Counted from the stretch's first letter, positions 1 through 11,939 are shown. The stretch is 36,127 bases of DNA from Octopus sinensis (GCF_006345805.1 NW_021831928.1:1-36127), one strand, 5' to 3'. Made by a program: numbers and translations. Notes: generated by a model from the sequence alone, not told the origin.

Positions 1-169
1 ACCATGTCCAAATGTAATGTCAAGTAGTCTTGGCAGTTTGTGCAGCAAAATCCCATAAGACTTTAAACAAATCATTCTCTGTCACATTTTCCGGTTGGTT
101 TTGGTGCCATTTCCCGCTAATTAAAAACTTCATTTGACGTTCAGGTGAGATAAATACCAGATGAGTACC

Positions 170-425
170 AGCGTGTGAATGGGTTTACTCTGAACATACG
201 TTTGTAGGCTGGAGGATTCGAGAGGGAGTGAGGTACCTGCCTGAGGTGTCCTTGGTGGTCGGGGTGACCAGAATGGGTTGGATTCCTTGATTGGCCCTTT
301 TTGTTTAATTTTGTTGCTAAATGTTATTGTTATTTATTTTCTACACGAATATTGTCCCACGTGTCATATCGCTCCCATTTGTTTTCTGTTTGATCCTTGT
401 GGCTAATAAAGGAAAGATTATTATT
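170..425 (+). mobile_element. Degenerate 3' end of a LINE (possibly Tx1/L1-like)
   Basis: Ends ccttgtggctaataaaggaaagattattatt, nearly the same terminus as 32448-32480, which follows a Tx1-like ORF end. The coding remnant is weak. Confidence 0.35.
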
Positions 426-879
426 GTTTGTTGTTGTGGTCGAGTGAGAGTAGCACACGCTATCAAAGTAACTTTGGGGTACAAATATATACAAATATAA
501 CATTTCTGTTAAAATTTGCGATTGAATTGACTTGATTCATATTGTTGCACAATAAACAGAACTTAACTCTCTTGAGGCTGTTGTTCGAGTTAATGCGTTC
601 AGAAACTCCAGTGAGGCGATTATTGAGATTAGAGGTTAGTATTTCTCTTCTATTTTTGTCGTCTAAAGGCTAGAATTGTTGGATAAGGAAATATTTGCAT
701 GCAGCACTTTTGAACTGCCACTAAAATTTTTGTGCCAGTTAATCACAAAAGCAATTCGGTCATAAATTTTACTTCAGCTGTTAAAATCGACTTCCCTTGC
801 TAATTTTAGCTGTCATTTGCCATTTCGTTTTATTGTGATTCGCAATAACCGTATTTGCCATAATGGCGTACAGAAACAT

Positions 880-1480
880 TTGTATGTTTCCAGTTTCCAA
901 TAATCTCCTATGTCAGTACAAATTCATTTTATCCTCAAAAGTGGAACTTCGGATTTGACTTAATTGTATGCTGTGGATAACTGGAGCGGCAGTGAAGATA
1001 AATGTAAGATATGGGTTTGAAAATCTTAAGCCTTGTGTTCAAAATTCGACGCTAGCTTTTGCAAAAACTCGACGAGAATTTTTTATTGAATTTGGAGTCA
1101 TATTTTTTTGCAGAGCAGTCACAGAAATGCAAAGCGTTACCTAAACTATCCTAAAATCCTTCCCAGACAAAAAAGATGTCATCAATGAACCATAACCAGA
1201 GTATTGATTCATGACCGTACAGTCTCAAATGTCCCCCATTGACTATGTCCCAAATATTGTCATGAAGACATTAGTAAAATTAACTGCCATGGGGTTACCC
1301 AAGTCGCTTCTCTTCGTCTGGAAGAACGATTTCTGTCCAAAATATGATGTGTTACAAAATAACACGAATTTCAATAATTTACTGAGAAAATTAGATAAAA
1401 TACATTTGTTTGACCGTTTTTCAAAGACGTCCATTCATGATTCCTCTCCAGCATCGAGAACAGTGTTGAGGTTTAGTGAA
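880..1480 (-). mobile_element. Penelope-like element, degenerate reverse transcriptase
   Basis: Minus strand reads FFQTKRSDLGNPMAVNFTNVFM (PLE QxxGxaMGsP.ap..AnifM motif), then WLWFIDDIFFVWEG (catalytic IDD, ~1178-1189), then KPISYIYLHCRSSYPQH and LLRIK*IC (thumb region). Stops and frameshifts present. Confidence 0.8.
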
Positions 1481-1684
1481 AAAAGGTTCATGGTTACCAA
1501 AACACGGTGTTTCGAAAAATTGTTAACTTTTGGATACAAAACTCAAAACTATTCCGAATATAGGGACGCGATCTTTTTGCTACAGAAAGAAGAAAGCCAT
1601 CCATCTACAGCGAAATTTTAGCAGCGTAACATTCATACCTGCTGCAAATTGAGCACTCAGGTCTTGTGCCTCTAACAGAAAGGA

Positions 1685-1695
1685 TTATTATTATT

Positions 1696-1780
<85 letters not shown>

Positions 1781-1789
1781 TTATTATTA

Positions 1790-1872
<83 letters not shown>
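1685..1872. repeat. (TAT)n/(CAT)n microsatellite
   Basis: Direct reading. Confidence 0.95.
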
Positions 1873-2129
1873 GCTTCGACGGGATTTTTTGTTCGACCCC
1901 ATAGCAAGGCATTTTGGCAAATGTTCTCTACTATAGAGTCGGACTGACTAATGTCATGTGATCGAAAATCCGTTGCACTGTGTGTGTGTGTGTGTGTATG
2001 GTGGGTGGGTGAGTGAATGGGTGCGAATGCCTGAGCGCGCGCGTGTGTAAGTGTATATATCTTTGTATTTGTGTTTGATCCCACCACCGCTTGACAACCG
2101 GTTGGCTCGTTTACGTCCCCTTATCTCAT

Positions 2130-2385
2130 TTTGTAGGAGTTACATCTATTATTCTTAACGTAGCTGGATCACTTTTGCACTTATTAAGCTTTTCCGTGGA
2201 CGCCCTTGCCATGGCTGGTCGTGTGCTAATTTTCTTAATTACTTGTAACATCATTAGAGATTTGAGTTCCAGTTATTTGTGCAATTCAACCTGTTCGAGC
2301 CTCTTTCTGCCCATTTGCCTCTTAACATGTACTTTCTCTTTTCTTACGACCATGACTTTTGTTTTGTTATGGCTGAGAAAATGAC
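2130..2385 (-). mobile_element. RTE-clade LINE fragment (late RT), inverted
   Basis: Minus strand reads HNKTKVMVVRK...RLEQVELHK*L...RPAMARASTEKLNK, matching the RTE KTKVMV / LEQV / RIAMAR motifs. Confidence 0.7.
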
Positions 2386-2389
2386 CTTG

Positions 2390-2860
2390 TCTGTTTGGGA
2401 AAGTTTAATAACATCTGGATAGCAAAAGTGTTCCAACTAAGTTAAAAACAGGGCTAGCGCTCTTTCGGTCAACGGGAATTTATGGTTGCGAAGCAGGGAC
2501 TCTGTACAAATTCGAAGAGAACATAATGCGTTTAAAATGTGGGTGTATAAGAGAATGTTACGAGTCTCTTTCAAGGACCGTCGGACAAAAGAATGAGCGT
2601 AAGGAGATGGAATTTGACAACTGAACATTGTGAAAGCAACAAAAGTCCATCTATTATGGCAATGTTCGAAGGAGCAGAAGTTTAGAAATATTATCATGGA
2701 AGGAAGAGTAGTGGGTAGTAAATAAAGGGACAGGCAAAGAACGCAACGGATGTCAATATGAAGAACTGTTTGGACAAGACTGGCAAGGCAGCTGGAGAAT
2801 CTGCGCTTAATCGGGAAGACTTTCGTTCTAAAGACATCAATGCGCTGCAGCGTACGTTAC
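2390..2860 (+). mobile_element. RTE-clade LINE 3' coding fragment
   Basis: Frameshifted plus-strand motifs GIYGCEAGTL, AFKMWVYKRMLRVSFKDRRT, NIIMEGRVVG and RDRQR, typical of the RTE C-terminal region. Confidence 0.75.
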
Positions 2861-2888
2861 ATGGTGACGACATGTAGTAATTAATGAT

Positions 2889-3051
2889 AGGCGCATGAGT
2901 GGCTGTGTGGTAAGTAGCTTGCTTACCAACAACATAGTTTTGCGTTCAGTCCCACTGCGTGGCACCTTGGGCAAGTGTCTTCTACTATAGCCTCGGGCCG
3001 ACCAAAGCCTTGTGAGTGGATTTGGTTGAAGGAAACTGAAAGAAGCTTGTC

Positions 3052-3094
<43 letters not shown>

Positions 3095-3642
3095 CATATA
3101 TATATATATATGTATGTTGTATGTATGTATGTATGTATGTATGTATGTATGTGTGTGTGTATGTATGTATATATTATAGAGCTAAGACTCTACTCCTTGG
3201 AGAGAAGACGGGAGAGGTATGCAGTAATATATGTCTGGAAGATCCTGGAAGGAATTGTGCCAAATTTTGGCATTGTAAGCTACACCAATGCTAGAACGGG
3301 ACGACACTGCATAGTGCCAAAGATCCCAGCAATGCCATCACGCTTCAGGACCAGCTTCTGCAACAGCCTGGGTTTCAAGGGCCCACAGCTTTTTAATATT
3401 CTCCCAAAGAGTCTGAGGAACTTGCACAAAGTAGGTGTAGCGGTTTTTAAATCAAAGCTGGACATCTTCCTGTCAAGAGTCCCAGATGAACCTACCTCAC
3501 AGCAAGAGGTGCAAATGAGAGTAGCTGTATCAAACTCCATTCTTCACCAAGTGCCACATATTAGACAAGGTTCGTCGTAATAACAGTGTAGCACAAAACG
3601 GCGGTGCATCAGCATGGCCGCAGCTCTGAGCTAAAACTAGAA

Positions 3643-3674
<32 letters not shown>

Positions 3675-3790
3675 ATATGTGTGTGTGTTTGTGTGTGTCT
3701 GTTTGACGCCCCACATCGCTTGGCAACCGATGTTGGTGTGTCTACGTCCCCGTAACTTAGCAGTTCGGCAAAAGATTGGTGAATGTAGCA
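2889..3790 (+). mobile_element. tRNA-derived CORE-type SINE (family B) interrupted by a CR1/L2 fragment
   Basis: Head 2889-3056 (gtggctgtgtggtaag...ttcagtcccactgcgtggcaccttgggcaagtgtctt, which is CORE-like). Internal TA/TATG tract. Second half resumes at ~3680 (ccccacatcgcttggcaaccgatgttggtg). Confidence 0.75.
3178..3650 (+). mobile_element. CR1/L2-type LINE 3' end (5'-truncated)
   Basis: Encodes LRLYSLERRRERYAVIYVWKILEGIVPN...LFNILPKSLRN...FKSKLDIFLSRVPDEP, a canonical CR1/L2-like ORF2 terminus. Stop at 3580, short 3' UTR, then an A-run. Confidence 0.85.
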
Positions 3791-4107
3791 AGGATGGCAC
3801 GTGTGAATGACGGAGCCAGCTTGAGCATGATCCTATGAACTAAAAAGACGAAAGGAAAAAAGAGAGCCACTTACTGTAATGTGTTTTCTTTTTGCATGAC
3901 ATTACTGCCCAAGGTTACCTAATCTGTTTTCCCTTTTTACATCGACATTTCTGTGATACACGATCCCTATTGATCGGCTTTTTATTTTTCCTCAATCCCC
4001 TTTGATCGTAATTCGACACACTTTTTTTCTCTTCTTCTCAAAAAGAAAAAGCTCTACTTTGTATTTTGTCCCTTCTGTATTCAGCCTTCTGTGGCCAATA
4101 AAGAAAC

Positions 4108-4161
4108 ATATCTATCTATCAATCTACCTGTCTGTCTATCCATCTATCCATCCACCCATCC

Positions 4162-4258
<97 letters not shown>

Positions 4259-4361
4259 GATCTATCTATCTATCTATCTGTCTGTCCGCCTGTCCGTCTG
4301 GCTGTCCCCCCTCCATCCATCCATCCCTCTCTCTCTTTCTCTATCTATCTATGTATCTATG

Positions 4362-4449
<88 letters not shown>

Positions 4450-4458
4450 CCTATCTAC

Positions 4459-4522
<64 letters not shown>

Positions 4523-4670
4523 TGTCTGTCTGTCTGTCTCTCATCCATCTCTATGAATCTATGTATCTACCCATCCATCCCTCCATCTCTCCTTCTCCCT
4601 CTCCCTCTCTCTCTATTTCTATATATATATATATACGTATATATATATATATATGTGTGTGTGTGTGAAT
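4108..4670. repeat. Compound (TC)n/(ATCT)n/(TA)n microsatellite
   Basis: Direct reading. Confidence 0.95.
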
Positions 4671-5541
4671 GTGTGTGAGCACGCGCGTATGTATATATAT
4701 GATATATATGCGTGCGTAGACAGCTAGGCAGACAGACAGATAAGCAGGCTAGCAGGCAGGCCAGCAGACAGACAGACATACAGATCGATCGATACGGTGC
4801 TCCAGCATGGCAGTAGACCGATAACTGAAACAAGTAAAAGACGACAGACATATGCACACACAAACACAACTCTGCGCTCATTGTATATTACATATCTGTA
4901 TGACGTTTGTACAATCGACTATATGGCGCTGATAGGAGTTGCCTCCCTTAACACCAACCATGCACATTTCGTACACAGTCGATCACTTTTCTGTCTTTTT
5001 CTTGTTCAACTACTGTTGAGCGCCAAACAAATTTGCCAAACTCCATTCAGTTACCTCCCTTTACAGTCTGAGGCGACGCATCCTGCGCGGATGTACTCCG
5101 GTGTCCGTCCCTGCATGGACATACTCCTTGAAGAAGGTACTCTACAGTCGAACTTATTGTCTTCATTTATCATGAATGGACGAACATTATCACTCAGACA
5201 TCCACCTCTTCTTTCTTTCTCATCTTTCATTCTTCATTCCTTCCCTTCTTTCTTTTTTCGTTCTTTCGCTCTTCCTTCTTTTTCCATATATATATATATA
5301 CATATATATATATACATACATATATACATACATATATAAAGTTCTTGGCTTTAAGTGGATTGCGAAAGCCCTGGTTGGAGGCCCAACCTTCCGACAGAGA
5401 AGGGAAGAGAGACGAGAGGTGGAGGCATATAGACAGACAGACAGAAAGGAAGAAAAAGAAAGAAAGAAAGAAATGTGGTGGTGATGGGTATGGCTGTGAT
5501 AGTAATGAGGGTATTGCTAGTAATAATGGTGGCGGTGGCGT

Positions 5542-5575
<34 letters not shown>

Positions 5576-5736
5576 ATGGTGGTGGTGGTGGTGGTGGTGG
5601 TGGTGGTGGTGGTGATTATGATGATGATGGTGGTGGTGGTGGTGGTGGTGGTGATGGAGGAGGACAAACACATACACACTAATATATATATATGTATGTA
5701 CGTATGTGTATACACATATATATAGATACATATAAA

Positions 5737-5890
5737 CGACGGGCTTCCACATAGTTTCCATCTAACAAATTCACTCATGAGACATTGGTCTGTCCGGTGT
5801 TATAATAGAAGTCACTTGTCCGAAAAGCTGTGCAGTGGGACTGAACCCAAGGCCATGTGGTTGCGAAGCCAACTTCTTAACCACCCGTCT
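5737..5890 (-). mobile_element. SINE family B head, diverged
   Basis: cagtgggactgaacc...catgtggttg and gacgggcttc match the family B head on the minus strand. Confidence 0.65.
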
Positions 5891-6574
5891 ACACCATACA
5901 CAACCATGCCAATACCTAAAAAAATTAAAATGGCACGCTTCACGAATTTCTGTGTTAGAAATAAAGCTCTAATCCTAGAATTTAGATAACAAAGACGATT
6001 AAAGGTTTCTTGGCGAAATATACAATACTTGACACTTGCTCCATGTTTTCGTTTCTCTGAGTTCTGGCGTGTTACGCTCTCTTGAATTTTAAAAGGAAGC
6101 TTATATTTCCTCAGAAGGAATCTTTTATGGTTTTTAAAGACAGAACAAATCCTTATGGTTCTACAACCATTAGAACTCGTTCTCCTTTCTTGCATCTACT
6201 TTTTTTAAATGACCTTCAGTTTGGTATCAAATAAAAGTGCATGGGATAAAAGTACATAATTTTTGTTTTTAATTATTGTACATACAGACGATGTAAGTGG
6301 CTGTCAGGTTAAGAAGCTCGCTTTGCAACCGAGTAGTTTCGGGTTCAGTCCTACTAATGAACGGTACTTTGGGCAGTTATCCGGCCGGATAACTGAAGTG
6401 ATGGCGGCGTGGATTTCCACCTCGGCGTCCGAAACTCGGAGTTTTATTATGGCTACCGAATAATTGTCACATATTACATTTACAGATAAATTCCTCTATT
6501 TACATAATATCGAGGTCTCTTTCATTCTTTTGTTGTCATATTTTTTTATTAATATATATGTATGTATATATATA

Positions 6575-6760
6575 TATATATTGTTGGCGATTTCATTTCA
6601 TTTTCTCTTCCTTTCTTTTGGATTTTCCTATGTCTCCTGTTTCCGAAGAGGAGCTTTGCTCGAAACGTAAAACACCCACTCTTTCTTTCCTTCTCTGAAC
6701 GTTTTATTAATACTTTGCATGTATCACGTCCTCGCGTTGCTGTTTTTTTCTTGTTGTCTT
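6575..6760 (+). repeat. Hammerhead-motif repeat family H, copy 1
   Basis: Homologous to 22770-22950 (+) and 23740-23915 (-). Shared segments gttt-CCGAAGA-g-gagc-ttt-gctc-GAAACGTA-aaac and acgtcctcgcgttg. Confidence 0.7.
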
Positions 6761-7126
6761 CTTTTCTCCGTTTTTTTTTAAAGGTCAGGAGAACGGAGAT
6801 TTTCCACATTTATAATTCTATTATGCATTTATTTATTTACACCTTCCATGGATCTACCTGCGTTCCGACTGCATCAACTGCTCACTGTCTTGTGTGCATC
6901 TTGGTATTAATTTTTGATACTGCTTATCCTGGGTCCGTTATTTACTGCCATTTGATATATATATATATATATCATCACACACAACATGGACAAAATTTCT
7001 TCTTTAGAAAAAATACATATTCAAATAAGTAAAACATAATATCATGAATAGCGATTGCGAAACCGGTCGATATAATAAAACTTATATTAAAACTATGTAA
7101 GTGTGCGTATTTTCCTTTTTTAATTT

Positions 7127-7175
<49 letters not shown>

Positions 7176-7993
7176 TTGGTGGATGTCGATGTATGTACAT
7201 AAAGCTGCAAATGATTGTGGATAGATATTGGGTTAAAAAATACTTTTTTCACAGAAAAAGTTGAAAGCTACCCGTGAGCCTCGAACTTAGATCTCCTGTA
7301 AATATGATAGGCGTTCTACATTTGGACCAAAGCACTCCTTCGAACTTATTTAAACTTTATTTAAGCTTTTTTCTTACTAACGAGATTCATCGTTTCAAAA
7401 AGAATTATTTCATGTTCTTGAAGTTTCTAAATCTTTATGACGTCAGCAATACATTCATACATGCTTATATTATATTATATTATATCATATATATACACAC
7501 ACACACACGCATACCTTTTCTTCTGTGAACGAAAGGTCATAGTAACGAAATTATATATCGCTTCAAAGATATAATATATATATATATAATAAATGCGAAA
7601 ATTAATTTCTGTGTGTCAGTGTATCACACTTAGACCCCCTCTCTAACAATTCAAATACATTCCTACTATTCCTTATGATGGGGTGAGATTATAGTAGGCA
7701 TAGAAATGGTGAGGGCGGTAACGAAGACAGACAGAAAGAGAAAAAGAAAAAGAGGGGGATAGAAACAAAGAAATTTAGGGAGAGTTGATGATGTTTTATT
7801 AAAAGTAGTAGTGTTGATGGTGGCAGTGGGAGTAATAATAAAAGAGAGAGAAAGAGTGGGTATGTGAGAGGAAGAGGGAGATGATATACAACTTTGTTAA
7901 GCCATGTCTCTTTGATAGAAATTCCTGTCACCAACATACTGAACACTGTCATTTTTGTTTTATTTATTTTGCTTCCTTTAACACACATACACA

Positions 7994-8031
<38 letters not shown>

Positions 8032-8042
8032 TACATAAAATA

Positions 8043-8099
8043 ACCCGGAACCATGTGGTTGGTAAGTAAGCAACTTACCACACAGCCACTCCTGCGCCT
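8043..8099 (-). mobile_element. SINE family B head fragment
   Basis: acccggaaccatgtggttggtaag...ttaccacacagccactcctgcgcct is the reverse complement of the 2889 head. Confidence 0.7.
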
Positions 8100-8403
8100 A
8101 GTAATTATTAAATTATATACTATTCACTTTATCGTGGTTTTGTTATAAGCATATTCCTCCGGTTATTGGAACCATTTGTCTTGCATAAAGCCTGTACGTG
8201 GTGCAAAAAGTTTGGAAATTGCTGACATACAAAATCGTTCGATTTGTTCACAAGTTTAGGTTTCATCTTCTCTTGCTGACCTTGCTTTGTTAAATTCCCT
8301 CTCAGATATATTTTGAATTTTATCGTATTTCTTTCTTTGAGTTCACCAGATAACTATCGCTGCCTGCACACTCCTCCCTTTTATTCACCCTAAGAATTAC
8401 AAA

Positions 8404-8550
8404 GGAGGCGCGTGACTTAGTGGTTACGGTGTTGAACTCATGATCGTAAAGTTGTGGTTTCGATTCCTGGACTGGGCGATGCGTTGTGTACTTGAGCAAA
8501 ACACTTCGTTTCACGTTGCTCCAGTCCACTCAGCTGGCAAAAATGAGCAA
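8404..8550 (+). mobile_element. tRNA-derived SINE family C
   Basis: A-box-like acttagtggtt and B-box ggtttcgattcc, followed by cttgagcaaaacactt...cactcagctggcaaaaatgag. Homologous to 34836-35060 (+) and 24090-24372 (-). Confidence 0.75.
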
Positions 8551-8842
8551 TCGTATATTCATAATCACATGAACAAGTTGATGTACGTCAATGAGCGTAT
8601 GTCTATAAGTGTAGATGTGTGTGTGTGAGCGAGTGTGTGTGCGTGTGTGCGTGTGAAGATGAACTCTGTAACCTCTGTTGTATTGATTAGGTCAGGTCAT
8701 GAATTGTTTTCCTAAACACAATATTTGACCTCTTGACCTCTGTATTCAATATGTCAAATTATATAACTGACCTGACATATTTCCAAAACAATTGAATACG
8801 GCAGAGAGGAAACAAGGAGGACATTTGTTCTCTTGTACAGGT

Positions 8843-8844
<2 letters not shown>

Positions 8845-8882
<38 letters not shown>

Positions 8883-9260
8883 GCACACATAGATACATAC
8901 ACATACTTGCACACGTACGCATACACACATACGCAACACTCCACACAAACATACAAACACACATATACGCAAGCATACATACACCTATATATGCGCATAC
9001 ATACATACATGCATACACACATACATACATATATACATACATACTTAAATGCATGCTTGCATACATAGATGCATGCATACATACTTACATGCAAGCATGC
9101 TTACATACATACATACATACACATATACATGTATACATACGTGCATGCTTGCATATATGCGTGTGTGTTATGCATGTATATATGTGCGTGTGTGTGTATG
9201 TATATATATTATATATATATATATATATATACACACACATATATGTATATCATATTTATG
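8845..9260. repeat. (CA)n/(CATA)n/(TA)n degenerate microsatellite block
   Basis: Direct reading. Confidence 0.9.
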
Positions 9261-9895
9261 AATACATTATACGAGTGTGTGTGCGTGCGTCCGTGCGTAT
9301 TCTTCTGTTTTTAATTATTCGAAGTTTGTCACAAACGAGCTGCATTCTAACAAAGATACAAACCTCCGCCATTGGAACGCAGACGATAAAAGCAAATTCA
9401 CATTTCAACTTTTGAGAAAATTCTTGCATATTTTTTTTTTAGACTTTCACTTACACATTGTATTTCTAATGCACGTATTAAGTGCTTTATTTTTATTTTT
9501 GACAATCCCAACTATTCCAGATTGTCACAAAACCAAGTGCACCAATTATTATTGGTATAAATGTCAGTTTATAATCGAGGCATAAAAGCTGAAGGTTTCG
9601 AGGCAGCTGACCCTAATTATCTTCTTTCTCTTTGGTTTGCCAAGAGATACAAAGTGCATTCCTCAAGTTTTTCGGGCAGTTTTTAGGAGTGGCAGTCATA
9701 ACTGATCTAGAATTTTCATAATTTTAGTATACCATCACTGTACATCTAATAAGCTGACATGCCAACGTTTGTTTATTGCAGACTGAAGGAGACAGCTGTA
9801 ACTGCATTTTGGACAAATCCATCTAAACACTGCTTCTTAGAGCTGACTAGTTTGCAGAATGCAGTCGGGACGTTTAGAAACTTATTATGGAATAG

Positions 9896-10016
9896 AGATT
9901 CCAATACCTTATGAGTAGGGTTTTAACCCTTGATTCAATAACACTGTGTATAAACTCTATACTTGAAATGACCAATTTTAAATACTATGGATTCTACTCA
10001 TAAGGTATTGGAATCT
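9896..10016. repeat. Perfect 23-bp inverted repeat, 75-bp spacer (MITE-like)
   Basis: agattccaataccttatgagtag (9896-9918) is the exact reverse complement of 9994-10016. Confidence 0.8.
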
Positions 10017-10295
10017 TATATGTATACCATTCTGCCTAAAAAATATGGATCTACAAATACAATATACCTATATATATCTCACATCTATTTTCTTTCCTCC
10101 ACCTCACTCTCTATTTTGTAAATTATCTAAATAAACTATTATTTAACCATCTTCTCACACCGTCTCCGATAAAGGGATATAATAAATATCATGGAAACAG
10201 CTGTAAGACCTTCTCTCTATAAATGTTCTTAAATCTACACAACCTTGGGTTTTTTTTATCCCATTACGAAAAAAAATTTATATATATTATATAAT

Positions 10296-10705
10296 ACCCA
10301 ATAAGATTCGAAAATCGATTAAACTAGTTCATCATTTTTTCAGTCTGCAGAGAACTAGCTAAACTTTATCCCTGTTTACAATTATACCTTATGTTACATA
10401 TATATTATACCATGCCTTGATACTGTGTGGGCTAAGATCTCCGTTGCTATTTATAGAGTGTTAAAAACTTTCGGTATGCAAATTAGGGACTCCTTCACAG
10501 AGTAACTGCTGCATTTGTTGAGTATATAAGCAGTTTTTTTACTTGTTTCTCTGGAGGTTGTTAAAATGATGTGGACGCTTCTGATGAGAACCCAATAAGG
10601 TTCAAAAATCGATTAAGGCTGTTCATTATCTTTTCTTTTCAGTCTGCGGAGAAATGGTTAATATTTTCCCTGTTTATAATTATACCATATGTTACATATA
10701 TATAT
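10296..10705 (+). repeat. Head-to-tail ~110-bp direct repeats 294 bp apart carrying a hammerhead-like motif
   Basis: acccaataagattcgaaaatcgattaa...ccttatgttacatatat (10296-~10405) is repeated at 10590-~10705. The second copy is preceded by gctt-CTGATGA-gaacc. Confidence 0.75.
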
Positions 10706-10804
10706 ATATATATATATATATCATTCGAGATCCACCATTGCAAAAAAAGAACACACACACACATACATACATGCATGCATCATAAGATAATCATTTATTC
10801 CGTA

Positions 10805-10865
<61 letters not shown>

Positions 10866-11073
10866 TGTGTGTGTGTGTGTTGTGTGTGTACTAGTATCAT
10901 TTATCAAGAACTTGTTCACCGTTTGATCTGATCTGATCTGATATTTTGGGTATTTTTCTGACGAATCTGAAACCGAATCCGAAGCAATTGACTTTTGTTT
11001 TATTTCATTATACCGCTATTATTATCATTATTTTTATTATGATCATTATTTTTATTATTATCATTATTTTTAT

Positions 11074-11147
<74 letters not shown>

Positions 11148-11170
11148 TTACTACTACTACTACTACTACT

Positions 11171-11201
<31 letters not shown>

Positions 11202-11404
11202 TTATTATTAAATGTCAAAGTCTTTCCACACGCACACCACCACCACAAACAAAACAACAACAACAAACTTCTCCACTGACACATTATCCATTTGAACTGA
11301 ATTATTTTGGTGCTGTTGTTGTTGCTATTGTTGTCGTTGTCGTCGTTGTTTTTGTTGTTGTGCTTTAAGTTCGGAGTTCAAATTTCGCCGAGTCGACATA
11401 TCTG

Positions 11405-11809
11405 TTTATTCTTTTACTTGTCTCAGTCATTTGACTGCGGCCATGCTGGAACACCGCCGTTAGTCGAGCAAATCGACTCCGGGACTTATTCTTTGCAAAT
11501 CTAGTTCTTATTCTATCAGTCTCATTTGCTGAACCGCTAAGTTACGGGAACGTAAACACACCAGCATCGGTTTTCAAGCGATGTTGGGGGAGGGGACAAA
11601 TACAGACACACAAACATACACATACACACACCTAAACATACATACATATATATATATATACGATGGGCTTCTTTCAGTTTCCGTCTACCAAATCCCCTCA
11701 CAAGGGTTTGGTCGGACCGAGGCTATAGAAGAAGACACTTGTGCAAGGTGCCACGCAGTGGGACTGAACCCAGAACCATTGGGTTGATAAGCAAGCTACT
11801 TACCACACC
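11405..11809 (-). mobile_element. SINE family B, near full length
   Basis: Head (ttaccacacc...cagtgggactgaacc), internal TA/CA tract, and tail ctgcggccatgctggaacaccgcc...cttttacttgtctcagtc. Confidence 0.8.
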
Positions 11810-11939
11810 CCCGCTTTTGCGCCTATCATTTTCAGGGTCGATAAATTAAGTAGCAGTTGAGCACTGGGATCAAAGTAAACTAACCCCTTCTCCCCACAAA
11901 ATATTTCAGGCTTTGTGCCTATTATAAAAACGATTATTA

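Noticed and set aside
1211-1621. 136-aa plus-strand ORF
   Set aside because: It is the antisense frame of the Penelope RT relic and has no recognisable motif.
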